DNA of 19,340 nucleotides, taken from Paraspadella gotoi (taxonomy: Eukaryota > Animalia > Chaetognatha). The stretch is taken from assembly GCA_051294375.1 (NCBI GenBank), contig JBJCIZ010000251.1, positions 1 through 19,340 of the forward strand. Reading direction: 5' to 3'. This document shows, piece by piece, positions 1 to 10,724 of the stretch. Numbering within the stretch: position 1 is the stretch's first letter; each line of letters starts with the position of its first letter. The notes beneath the pieces were generated by a model that worked only from the letters and a program-made list of their open reading frames with translations, did not search any database and was not told the DNA's origin. A program made the position numbers and the translations under genes.

Positions 1-108
1 GAGAGAGAGAGAGAGAGAGAGAGTCAGAGAGAAAGTCACAGGCTGACGGACAGAGATAGACAAAGAGAGAGAGAGACAGAGATAGAGTAAGACAGAGAGA
101 GACAGAGA
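1..108. repeat. (GA)n / (GACA) microsatellite
   Basis: Pure GA run at 1-22 followed by degenerate GAGA/GACA repeats. Confidence 0.95.
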
Positions 109-425
109 GGTAATTACGAAAGTACTGGCACGCCTCTCACAGAGATTAATTGATAAATACCGATAAATATTAGTAAAATTTAATGCCAGTTTGTGTCAAA
201 AGCTTTTTTTGGCTCAAGAAGATACACAGAAAAGTAAAGACGAAAATGAAAAAAAGAAAAAAAGAAAAAAGAAAGGAAAGCAAAATCGAGAAAGAAAGCA
301 AGCAGTAACAAAATGAAGAATGAAAGGAAGCCAAGCAAGCAACCGAGCTTGTGAGCCGGGATGTCGAAGGCACCGCAGCTGCGTAAAAAAAGTTTAATTT
401 CACGGCATTCGAGCCTTTTTTTCTC

Positions 426-518
426 GTTGTTGTTGTTGTTGTCATTGTTGTTGTTGTCATTGTTTTTGTCGTTGTTGTTGTTTTGGACGTCGAAATTGGA
501 TTCGTCGTCGTCGTCGTC
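426..518. repeat. (TTG)n / (GTC)n trinucleotide microsatellite
   Basis: gttgttgttg... and tcgtcgtcg runs; these explain the poly-N/poly-T/poly-L ORFs. Confidence 0.9.
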
Positions 519-532
519 CATCCTTCTCATTC

Positions 533-1050
533 ATGTGAAAATAATAAAATTATTTAAAAAAATCAAATTTAACACTATAGGATAGGTAGATAAATTATAT
601 TAATAATTTTATATAACAGATTTAAGTAAACACTATTTACTACTTTTTATTTTTTTTTTTTTATTAAGTTTAGTAAATTTGGTTAAATGTGTCAATTTTT
701 ATATATTGTCGGCCATCAGTATGCTAACATTATATTACAATGTATATATTAAAAGGCTAAAATTAAGGCATAAACTAAATTCTCATAGTAAAAAGTGTGG
801 ACAAAAAATCTTGATTCGTGATTGAAATATTTTATCAAATTGGTCAAAATATTAAAGGAATATATTTAAATATAATTTCTAATTATTTTGCTGAAAAAAT
901 TATTTTTTCTAAAAAATTTTTACTCACTTAATGACAAAATTTTACAAAAAATATTTACATGTTTTTAATCATGAGGAATCTAAATACATTATCAGAAAAA
1001 AAGTACAACATTTAAAAAATTAAATAAAACATAAATTAATATTTCGATAA
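533..1050 (+). repeat. Diverged AT-rich repeat, copy 1 (partner at 2434-2881)
   Basis: Collinear anchors shared with 2434-2881: atgtgaaaataataaaatt; aattttwtatatt..catcagt; aggctaa; acttaatgaca; ttttaatc; ttcgataa. Confidence 0.7.
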
Positions 1051-1333
1051 CAAAATAATTTTATATAATTACTAAAATTTCTATTCCACACCTTCGCTTC
1101 ACCCTATCCTTCTCCCCTTCTCTCCTCCTCCTCTTGCCTATCCTCCTTTCTCGCTCCTCCTCCTCCTCAATTCACAAAAAACTGAAGATTTCCAATCAAA
1201 AACTCGTCATCTCTTCAACGTTTTCATTCGTCGCCGAAATAATAAAAAGTTGAGGAAAAGTAATTAGAAAAATAGATTTCTTTTTTTTTATATTCCGACT
1301 GTTGTTTTTATTATTACTGTTTTGTTTGGCTTT

Positions 1334-1887
1334 CGTCATCTTCATCCATCATCAATCATCGTCATCATCATCGATACATCCATCATCATCATACATGCAG
1401 AATCGCGGTCGTCGGTCGTCTGCGTCGTGTCATCTTTCAGGTTCATGTCAATCTTTATCATCCAACATCTTATATCATCATCATCATATCATTCATCATC
1501 ATCTCATCATCGGTCGTCGTCGTTCGGTCTTGTCATCTTCTATCATCTGCCTTCAAAAAGCGTCATTTCGGTCAAATTCTCGTTTCTCTCCTCTTATTTC
1601 TTCTCTAGGAGATTAAGAATCTTCTCTCTCTCTCTCTGAAAAAACGTCAACGGACATTTCAATTTTTTTTCCGTCATCTTTGTTGTCGTCGCCATCATAT
1701 CGTCATCATGGTAGTCGTAATTGTCGTCGTCGTCGTCGTCATCGTCGTCGTCAATAATATCATTATAATTGTCATCATTGTTATCATCGTCATGGTCATC
1801 ATCATCATCATCATCATCATCATCTTCATCATCATCATTATCATCATCATCATCATCATCTTCATCTTCATCATCATCATCTTCGTC
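1334..1887. repeat. (CAT/CGT)n trinucleotide microsatellite field
   Basis: Long atcatcatc/gtcgtc arrays at ~1334-1522 and ~1674-1887, which give stop-free poly-D/I/S/M ORFs. Confidence 0.92.
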
Positions 1888-1983
1888 AAAGTCTTTTGTT
1901 CGACTCCCGCTCCTGATCGATTTTCTCGACGGATGTGTCGCTCTCGTCTGACTTCGTGTCCAAAAAATCAAAAGTCAAGGCTG

Positions 1984-2101
1984 AGGATTGTAGATTCTCA
2001 CCCCTTTGTGACCGTCGTCGTCATCCTAGTCGTTGTCGTCATCATCGTCGTCGTCGTCGCCGCCGTCGTCGCCGCCGTCATCGCCTTGGGGGTGGGTTCG
2101 A
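1984..2101 (+). repeat. Direct repeat, copy 1 (partner at 3688-3787), with a (GTC)n core
   Basis: aggattgtagattc ... gtcgtcatcctagt ... gccgtcatcgccttgggsgtgggttcga occurs at both sites. Confidence 0.85.
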
Positions 2102-2118
2102 ATCTCACCCCTGGCACC
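2088..2118 (+). mobile_element. tRNA 3'-half-like sequence (T-arm/B box plus acceptor 3' strand); probable tRNA-derived SINE head or tRNA pseudogene fragment
   Basis: Stem GTGGG (2092-96), loop TTCGAAT, stem CTCAC (2104-08), then CCCTGGC-A-CC in canonical tRNA spacing; GGTTCGAATC is a B box. No 5' half or A box is present because microsatellite lies upstream. More GC-balanced sequence follows to ~2427. Confidence 0.55.
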
Positions 2119-2433
2119 GCATTGAAGTAAGTAGAGATGTAGCGTGCATTTCGTAGGGTCAGCCCCTAATAGATCATCTTTTCCTTGGACGTGACGAGGT
2201 GGCTTATTGAGCAAAGCCATAAGCTCAAACCCCGCCCGGTACCTGCCAGAAGGTGGACAACCAAGACGCCACCAAGCCGGCTTCCCAGCCTAAGGCCCGT
2301 TTCATGGCAACTTGTGTAGCTAAAGAAATTGCAGCCAACTTGTCGCCTTATGTCCACAGATAGCACAGTGATCCATAAAAAAATTAAAATCGGATAAAAG
2401 GGACTCAAACCTTCGGGCATAAACACTAGGGTG

Positions 2434-2881
2434 ATGTGAAAATAATAAAATTTATAAAATTAAAATTTAGTACATAGAGCATAAAAATAAAAACTAATAA
2501 AAATATTTTTTTAATTTTATATATTCGTGTGCATCAGTGAGCTGTATTTATATATTGTACTAAGTATATAATAGGCTAAGATTTTAAAATACAATTTTTT
2601 TAAAATTTTAAGATCGGATTTAGATTTGTTGCAAACAGTTGATAAAAGAATATAAAATATATTTAAGATACCGATTTTCAATTTCCGGTTTAAAAATATA
2701 ACTTTTGTAATTTTAACCTACTTAATGACATAATTTTTGAATCTGTTCAATCGATTTCAACCAACCAGATTTTAATCCTAATGATACATATTATGCCTGA
2801 ACAGTTAACAATTTAATCTCATCCGCCTGAAAAATCCAGAAATGCTTTTCATCCGAAAAAATATAAAAAAGAATTCGATAA
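2434..2881 (+). repeat. Diverged AT-rich repeat, copy 2
   Basis: Same ordered anchors as 533-1050. Confidence 0.7.
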
Positions 2882-3687
2882 TATTTTAATATTAATACTC
2901 TACGATTCTTTTTGTTTGGGCAATTTTCGGATCTTGATTAGCTTTAAAAATTATTTTGTATTTCGCAAAGGTATACTTAATATTTATAATATCACTAAGG
3001 AAAAAAATATTAAGTTTGGTCAATTTCTTTTTAATATCAAAATTACAAATCAAAAGTTGTTTAACTACAACAATCAAAGATTTCGTTGTATTCCTCGTTT
3101 GTGACTCCGATTCAGCAGGAGTCAAACTGAATGACTATTTCTCATTCTGTTTCGGCAAACTTGTCGGGCAACTTTAAATAGGGGTCGGAGCACTGCTTGA
3201 TTCCAGGCGGCGGCAGGACGTAAATTTTAGACTCGTAACTAACATTTATAAAATAATATCCATAACAATTGAGTGAAATATGCTCACAATTCTTTGCGCA
3301 AAATTTAAAACGATTAAAATTTAATATGATTTTTTTCCTTCTCTTTATTTCTTTGTTATTTCCCTAGCAGCGAGACTATCCGAAACAAAAGGCTCTTCAA
3401 TTGTTTTGTTGAAAAAATGTTTTCGGATTTCTTAAATTTTAGATACTGAAGTATTACAGTAGTAGGAAAAGATCGCTAAAAATGTCTACTGCCATCCTTT
3501 GGAGATTATAAAATTTGGTGCGACGTTGTTCTATCTTTTATCTTCAGCGTGTCCTCATCTCTAATATCTCTCCTCTCTAAAATTCCTTGTTTGAAACTTC
3601 ATTTGTATCTCTCTCTCTTTTTTTTTTCCTTTTCTATCTCTCTCTCTCTCTCTATAAAACAAGTTTGAGCAAACAATGTCGGTAAAC

Positions 3688-3787
3688 AGGATTGTAGATT
3701 CGTCGTCATCCTAGTAGTTGTCGTCGTCATCGTCGTCATCGGTCGTCGTCATCGTCGTCGCCGTCATCGCCTTGGGCGTGGGTTCGA
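3688..3787 (+). repeat. Direct repeat, copy 2 of 1984-2101, truncated inside the B box
   Basis: Matches copy 1 up to ggttcga and then diverges; lacks about 19 bp (tcacccctttgtgacc...) present in copy 1. Confidence 0.85.
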
Positions 3788-3895
3788 GATGTATAATCAC
3801 TATAGTTCATAATTTCAATACATATTGATCGCTTGCCAAATGATTAAACTGAACTTTAGTATGTAGAAATAATTACAAATAAGCAATTATTATTA

Positions 3896-3972
3896 TTTTT
3901 TCAACTTGCATCATGTTTCACCTCGCATCATTTTTCCAACTTGCATCGATTTTTTCAAAATTGCATCATTTT
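3896..3972 (+). repeat. Short minisatellite, about 4 x 17-20 bp (ttttcaacttgcatca)
   Basis: tcaacttgcatca / tcacctcgcatca / ccaacttgcatcg / caaaattgcatca. Confidence 0.75.
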
Positions 3973-4458
3973 TTATTTTAATTAATTAATTAATTAAAAC
4001 GTTATGAGTAAGCATAAATGATGAAAATTCAGGGTGAAACTTGACTTTAGTTGTTGGACTAATTTCCGGACGGATATCTTTTTTTTTGCATAATTTATCA
4101 TAATTCAATGTTTCTGATATGATAAAAATCATTTACGACGCGATGACAGTCTCGTAGAATAAACTATGCAGTTAAAAAAAAAATTTCATTATTGATTTTT
4201 TTTCATTTTTTATTGTTCTCATCTAGGTCATTACTCCGTGAACGGTTATGTTAATAAAATTAATGCAAAATCTTTTTAATGCTCTCAAGATACAGTTAAA
4301 ATACATAAAATGCCGTCAGAATTCAAAACTAAAAAAAGAAGATTGGTTTATTCTATAATGTGGTGAACAACATATCTCTTAAAAAACAATGGGAGTCAGA
4401 ATCTCTCTTTGTTTAAGAGCTGTCATTTGATATCAAAAACTTTAAACATTTTTCAGCT

Positions 4459-4625
4459 CCATCTGTCTGTCTGTCCGTCTCTTCCCCGTACCTTTAAAGT
4501 CTTATTACTTTTGTTTGGATAAATCAATTGAGTTGAAATTTTGTTTCGTGATTTAAAAAACTAGTTCATTGAGCTGGAATTCAAGTTTCAACGGAATCAG
4601 GTGAGTGGAAAGTAGGTTTAATTAG
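4459..4625 (+). mobile_element. Fragment of a DINE-1/Helentron-like non-autonomous element
   Basis: (TCTG/TCCG)n tract, then tgagctggaattcaagtttcaacggaatc..gagtggaaa, homologous to 5466-5510 (tgagctggatatgaagtttcgatggaatc..gagtggaaa). Confidence 0.5.
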
Positions 4626-5230
4626 AAAAAGTAAAGATCAGATTTTAGGTTTATTAATTTAATTTGTATTTTTATCGATCGATTTTGCTGTGGTTTCGCA
4701 CATAAATGGCGTCGTCGTCGTCGTTGTTGTCGAGGTACTTGAAATTGGGTGAGGATAGTTATTAAATATGTTTTGTTTACGTTTTATCAAAATAAACAAG
4801 TTTCCTCATTTTATTTTTATGTCTCCTCTCTTTCTATTCTCTTTTAATTATATATAGCTATCTCTCTCTCTCTTTTCCCCAGTGCTGATTCATCAAAAAA
4901 AAAAACGAGTCTGCAGCTGGCTCTGCAGGGGCTCTTTCTTTTTCTCTCTTTTCTCCTGCTGCTTCTGCTGCTGTCTTTTGATTTCTTTCTTTTTTTCTGC
5001 TGATTTATCCAAAAACGATTTGGCTTCTCTCTCTCTCTCTCTCTGTCTCACTCTCTCTTTCTTTCTCTCTTTTTTTCAGGTTCTGCATCTGCTGATCAGT
5101 TTATTTGTCAATGAAAAAGTTTTCTCCTGCTGCTACTGCTGGTTCGTCCGAAAACGATTTGGCCTCTCTCTCTCTCTCTCTCTCTCGCAACATCGGGTTT
5201 TTATTTCGTTCTTTCTTCTTGTCACTTTTT

Positions 5231-5956
5231 ATTTTTCGTCGGATCTGCTTTTAGCAGATCCCGACTCTATAATTCACTTTTTCGGTCCGTCGGTCTGCCC
5301 GCTCAATCTTGACGGGCATTCACTTATATCATGTCAGAACATTATAAAAAAAACGATGTCAGTCCGTGCGTCCGTCCGTCCCACCTTAGCAAAAAATACC
5401 AATTACTCGTGATTGGATGGATGGATTGGAATGATATTTTGTGTGTAGGTAGGGAAATGTGTGCTTGAGCTGGATATGAAGTTTCGATGGAATCGTCCGA
5501 GTGGAAATGAGTTTTAATGGAAAAAACAAAAAATATATATTTCACTATTTGAACACCAATTACTCATGGCGATTAATCAAGTTTCGATGGAATCGTTTGA
5601 GTGGAAATGTGTTTAAATGGAAAAAACAAAGAACCTGTTTCACTAATTTATTATGCTTTTTTTTCTTTTTATTTTAAATGTAAATGCAAGATGTATTAAT
5701 TAATAAAATAATTAATCAGTTAATTAATCAATTTGTCAATTTATTTATCAATAATTAATTAATCAGTCAATCAATCAAAACAAACATTTCGGATCAACTT
5801 AATTAATTGCCTAAATAATTAAATAATTAACTTGAATAAATTAATTATTAATTAATTAAAAATTAATTAACTTGAATTAATTATTAATTAATTAATTATT
5901 AATTAATTAATAAATTACCGATAATGACCATGGACAGATCTGACTTGAAATACAAG
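5231..5956 (+). mobile_element. DINE-1/Helentron-associated (HINE)-like non-autonomous element
   Basis: T-run, 5' hairpin gtcggatctgct-ttt-agcagatcccgac (5238-5265), (GTCC/GTCT)n tracts at 5284-5300 and 5357-5382, 100-bp internal tandem (5479-5547 vs 5579-5645), and a possible 3' subterminal repeat cagatctgact (5935-45) with a small cttg..caag hairpin. The 3' end is uncertain. Confidence 0.5.
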
Positions 5957-6094
5957 ATGTATTAATTAATCAAATAATTAATCAGTTAATTAATCAATTA
6001 ATTAATAAATTAATTAATCAATAATTAATTAATCAGTCAATTAACCAATTTATGGTTCAATAAATCAATTTATTTATCTATTAATTAATTATTT
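5690..6094. repeat. (TAAT/TTAA)n low-complexity tract with an internal ~267-bp-spaced duplication
   Basis: caagatgtattaattaat..aataattaatcagttaattaatcaatt at ~5687 and ~5953; the tract abuts the assembly gap. Confidence 0.85.
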
Positions 6095-6482
6095 NNNNNN
6101 NNNNNNNNNNNNNNNNNNNNNNNNNNNNNNNNNNNNNNNNNNNNNNNNNNNNNNNNNNNNNNNNNNNNNNNNNNNNNNNNNNNNNNNNNNNNNNNNNNNN
6201 NNNNNNNNNNNNNNNNNNNNNNNNNNNNNNNNNNNNNNNNNNNNNNNNNNNNNNNNNNNNNNNNNNNNNNNNNNNNNNNNNNNNNNNNNNNNNNNNNNNN
6301 NNNNNNNNNNNNNNNNNNNNNNNNNNNNNNNNNNNNNNNNNNNNNNNNNNNNNNNNNNNNNNNNNNNNNNNNNNNNNNNNNNNNNNNNNNNNNNNNNNNN
6401 NNNNNNNNNNNNNNNNNNNNNNNNNNNNNNNNNNNNNNNNNNNNNNNNNNNNNNNNNNNNNNNNNNNNNNNNNNNNNNNNNN
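6095..6482. other. Assembly gap (388 N)
   Basis: N run. Confidence 1.
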
Positions 6483-6592
6483 AATCAATCAATCAAGTCA
6501 CATTCAATATCTTTCTTATCTGACGTCTCCTGACTAAAAAAAAAAAATTGTGGTAGCCTCGAACGTGCAACCTTCGCATCTTAAACAATAAT

Positions 6593-7815
6593 CAGAATTC
6601 TCTCTCTTACTTTTGCTTTGGCTCTTTAGCTCTCACTCTTTGCCTCACTCTCTCTCTGTCGCTTTTTCTTTGTTTCTGCATCAATTTCAGAACTTTTGCT
6701 CACTTACTCAGCCTTGTTATGTCATAAACATGTCCAAATTCACCTTTCCATTTCTTTTGTTAATATTGACAATAATTATCATTTCTATAATTATAGTCTT
6801 TGATATATTAAAAAATAATTCCTATCAATGTTATAAGGAGGAAAGAAAACTTATTAATTTTTTTTAATATAAAAAACATTACAGTATTATTATTAAAAGT
6901 AATGATTCATAAAAATTAATAGCAAATGATCACAATAACATAAGATAAGAAAAACTGTCCTCCATATCCCTCTTGAATACTTATGGAAAACATAAAAGAA
7001 AAAAAAAAAGAAAAAACGAAAAATTTAAAAAAAAACTTTTTCAGACCATGCTCACGAAGAATTATAATTAACTAAACTTTAAAATATTTTTATAAAAATT
7101 TATACCTAAAATTCTAAGAAGATGCTTTTCCCAAAAATGTCTCTTAGATCGTTCTTAAAACGCCAAACAAGTCACAGCCACAAAATGAATACAAAAACTA
7201 GAAAAAAGCAATATTGTTTTGTCATTCTGATTTAGAGATATTTGGTTGATTATTATGCCTTCAATTTCCTTTAAATTAAAAAATAATAGGTTTAAAAGTT
7301 AGTTCTTGATCTCTAGTTGTAAATTGAGTTTGAATATAACTTTTTTTAATAAAAAAGTTTAACCCAGATCAGTTACAATAACGATGGTAAAAAATTTTGT
7401 CACCATTTTAAGCTACTTTTAGCCTGATTTTTTACATATTTTGATTATCTTTGCAATCTTACTGATGAAAAACAGTCATGGTAAAGAGAGCCTATGTTCG
7501 TTCGAATATAAGGCATATGTTAGTAATCAGACAGAGCAAAAATTTTGGTCACAAGATAAAAAATTTTGCATGAGAATAGCGTGAATAAAATTTTCCACGA
7601 GACTGTGCACCGCGACTTACCGACAAGATTTGGGGGGCTGGACAGACGGAGTGACAAAGTGGAGTCGGAATCTGCGATTAGCAGATCCAACTAAAAATGT
7701 TATTACAATCTACCTATTTCGTGCTGATGAAGTCTCGCAATTAGAGCCAATTCATGTCCGTTTTAAATAAATCGTTGTTTGAAAACAAAAAGTTTTATGA
7801 TTTTTCTGCCTTTAA
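6593..7815 (+). repeat. Segment A, copy 1 (direct repeat of ~12918-14773)
   Basis: 7071-7815 aligns continuously to 13984-14773, differing mainly by small indels; 6593-7055 aligns loosely to 12918-13710. Confidence 0.92.
7540..7697 (-). mobile_element. 5' end of a second DINE-1/Helentron-like element (same head as 5231)
   Basis: Minus strand reads tttttagttggatctgct-aatc-gcagattccgactc...ctccgtctgtcc, compared with ttttcgtcggatctgct-ttta-gcagatcccgactc at 5233. The left boundary is not determined. Confidence 0.55.
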
Positions 7816-10724
7816 GTTGTCCATAGTATGTGTGCCAAAAAAATCGGCAACCATGATCACATCAATCTCATTTGTCGCAACTCATGAAGGACCACTCCAT
7901 GAAGATGCTGGAAACTTAATTAAATCTTTTATTCTTAGGATTGTTGAACTCCATGGGCCTACTGGTTATATCAGCAACTGACCACAGAATCCACATCCTC
8001 ACTGTATAAAGCTCATCATGATTCCATAATGAAATCAACCTGATCTCTTTCTCCCACGCTTGGTAGAGTCCAGAGTCGCCACTTGCATCTTCCAAGACTG
8101 TATCTTCAAAATGGCAGCTCCTCCACCAAAACCTTCTCGACATAAAGTACGGTTACTGCCAGAATCCTAACATATTGCGAACTTCAGTTACCTTGTCAGG
8201 ACCCTGACACGAACCGCTACAATCTGACGATTAAGCTGGAGATGCAGCAACCTGTTTGCGGTCGCACTAGAGACCTGGGCAAGTTTGAGCAATCAAAATG
8301 AAGGAGCGTATGGTGTAAGATCTGAATCGCACTTGCTACACTTCTCTTTGACCCGGCAATCTTGTTGCATGTGTCCGTCGCCGCCAATACATCGTATAGG
8401 CAGCTGCCAGTGCTCCGAATCTGGGAAACTTCGTTCAGACACAGATTTTGATTTGAACAAAGAACAATCAATAATATTTATGGTTTCCATTCTTACATAC
8501 TTGACAATTAAACAGAATTCTTCTTGCCACAGCAGTGCGAGTCAGTCATCGCAGGTGTCATTGCTGATGCCTTTGAATCTTTCTCAAACTGTTTTCCTGA
8601 CTGCTGCTTGTCTGGGGTCCCAGGCTTCTTAATCCCTTAGCACTTAGAAGCCAGTTTCTTTGCAAAACTGCTTGCCTGGAATCAGGCAGTTGCCTGTACA
8701 ATGTGACCTTAGCAGTAGCAGCAGCCTTGGGCCTTTGAGGCTGCTGGATCTTGTCTGCCACCTTTTGACGCGAAAGAGATTCCATCTCCCAAAACTCTGT
8801 CATGGAATAAAGGGAAATGAAAGCAGCAAACCCCAGCTGTGACTATTCAACCGTACCGTCATCTTATGGTGAATATTTCTTCCAAGCTTCTCTGATGAAG
8901 GGAAACGCGTTTTGGATGATCTCCGCAGGCCGACGTCAATGGAATCATAATCATACATTATTTGAGCTACCTTTGCCATGCGCATGGAGATTCCAAGCAA
9001 AAAAATTCGCGCAGACCGAGTGCATGTATCAGCCAGATTTGATCTCTCCCTTCTTTAGGAAGCTTCTTCCAATTTATCAAAGCTGTACATTTCGTTGTAG
9101 CAACCAATGTTCACAGCAATCTCCTTATCTTCGGGCAAGCTCCAGAGCTTCATCACCATTCTAGCATGGCATCTTTTAAATATCTTGTATCGCGCATAAT
9201 TGGCCGCTCCTTGGTCCACTCCAAACAACTCAAAAAAACATTATCATGCCAGTCATCGCCTGGAACACTCTCAAACGTTGTAAAGCGAATTCCCATCCAG
9301 GAAAGGTTACAACCTATGCTGGTAGTCGCCTGCCCACTATTTCCTGCCACTGAGAAATGGACGCTTACGCTGGCAGAGTGCTGGCACCAACCATATGCAT
9401 GCAGGGCCATACTCCTCTGGGAACCAAAGTGTTGAGGACCGGAGGAAGGTGGCACCAATTGCAGGTGCTGGTGGGCAGCTGAATAACCAACAGGAAGAAG
9501 GATTAATAGAGGAACCAAACCCCTGGCCAAAGGATTCAGAGCAAATAGCACCTGCTGTGAAAGGATCTTTGAAAATCGATTGTTCTCCTTTAAATAAATT
9601 AGCTTCTCTACTGCTGTGCACGCAAGTAGCATCACGCTGCACATCTGAAGCATCCAATCACGAGGAATGCTTCGGAACGTTCCAGTCTGCAACCATATCC
9701 TGTGTAGGCTGAGGAGGACGTGCAAGGAAGAGGTAAGTTCTGCTTCATTAAATCTATAAGCTTCAACAGCAATCATATTTCCTTGGCCTGCAGGTCAATC
9801 TTGAATCTTTTTACCATTCTAATTCTTTCATCTTGAGATCTCTTTCAAACTTTAATTTTTCTAAAGGCAGCATTCTGTCAAAAATCTTGTTTCAATAAAG
9901 TCACCGCATTTTCTTGGTCAAAGTTTCGCAGTTTTTTGTGTAGCCTTTTAATTGCTTGCTGAACCTCAGCTTTCATAGGATTTAGCAGACCTGCACTTTT
10001 TACGCAGACCAATGGCGAATATCTTTTCCAGAACCAGATCTGATTGACCTCCCTGCCCATCTTTGTCCCTAGATCTCCTGCTAGGGTGGCTTAGAATTCT
10101 CGCCGAGCAGCACATCACTAGGGCAACTTGAAGCGCCGCCAGCTTCCTGTGCCAGCCCCTCATAGACCACCACAAGAACTCAGTCCGTGGCTGAGTTCAC
10201 GCCACAGCTAGCTGCCACTCGGCGGTAACCCCAGTGCAGATGCACCCCTCGGCACTTCAGGCTGAGAAGGCCTTTTTAATCATCATCATGAACGCAGTGA
10301 CAATCACCTTGGGCTTACAGTCAACCTGAGTGGCAGGAACCATCAAGCACTCCCAGGCCAAGCTTGTATCAAAAGAAAAGATCTGGGAGGGAGAACCATA
10401 ACTTGGGCTTTTTGGAAACGCCTCTTTGCTGTGCCAAGCTTATCCGCACAGCAAGAAGAGTAGGCTCGTGCTTGATTAAACTTTATCTCTATTAGCCTTA
10501 GCTCATTTTTAGAGTCCCAATGTTGTCAACGCTCGTCCCTTCCAACACCATTGCAAGGCCGCATTATGACCCGCATACCCGTAGGCGTTGTAATCCGGAA
10601 ATCTCCCTTTCTGCGACCAGCTTTCAGCTCCAGCGACCAAACTCCAGATGCGCCGCCCGAAGCCTCATCAATCGGGCTGATTGTTGCGAGGCGACCGGCG
10701 AAGGCCGAGCCAAGTGAAGGCCAT
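7814..10724 (-). pseudogene. gag: Frameshift-riddled inverted copy of the BEL/Pao gag-protease (possibly an uncorrected read)
   Basis: Minus-strand ORF fragments repeat the + copy peptides: NIIDCSLFKSKSVSE and GHMQQDCRVKEKCSKCDSDL (8293-8490), KAAATAKV (8558-8803), MAKVAQI..DYDSIDV (8800-9000). Confidence 0.85.

Noticed and set aside
170-2220. Many ORFs with poly-D/S/I/M/N/T tracts
   Set aside because: They are translations of trinucleotide microsatellites that are open in several frames; there is no coding evidence.
3075-3240. More GC-balanced patch; minus strand reads YESKIYVLPPPGIKQCSDPYLKLPDKFAETE*
   Set aside because: Short, interrupted by stops, with no recognisable motif or convincing splice sites.
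4882-5412. 176-aa hydrophobic ORF
   Set aside because: Derived from (CT)n and T-rich low-complexity sequence plus a repeat head.
3896-5645. Short spaced repeats as a CRISPR-like array
   Set aside because: The repeats are degenerate tandem units without unique spacers, in a eukaryotic context with no cas genes.
6081-6492. ORFs of X residues
   Set aside because: They span the N gap.
6547-6582. Minus-strand gatgcgaaggttgcacgttcgagg, reminiscent of a tRNA variable loop and B box
   Set aside because: No T-stem pairing and no A box; too short to call.
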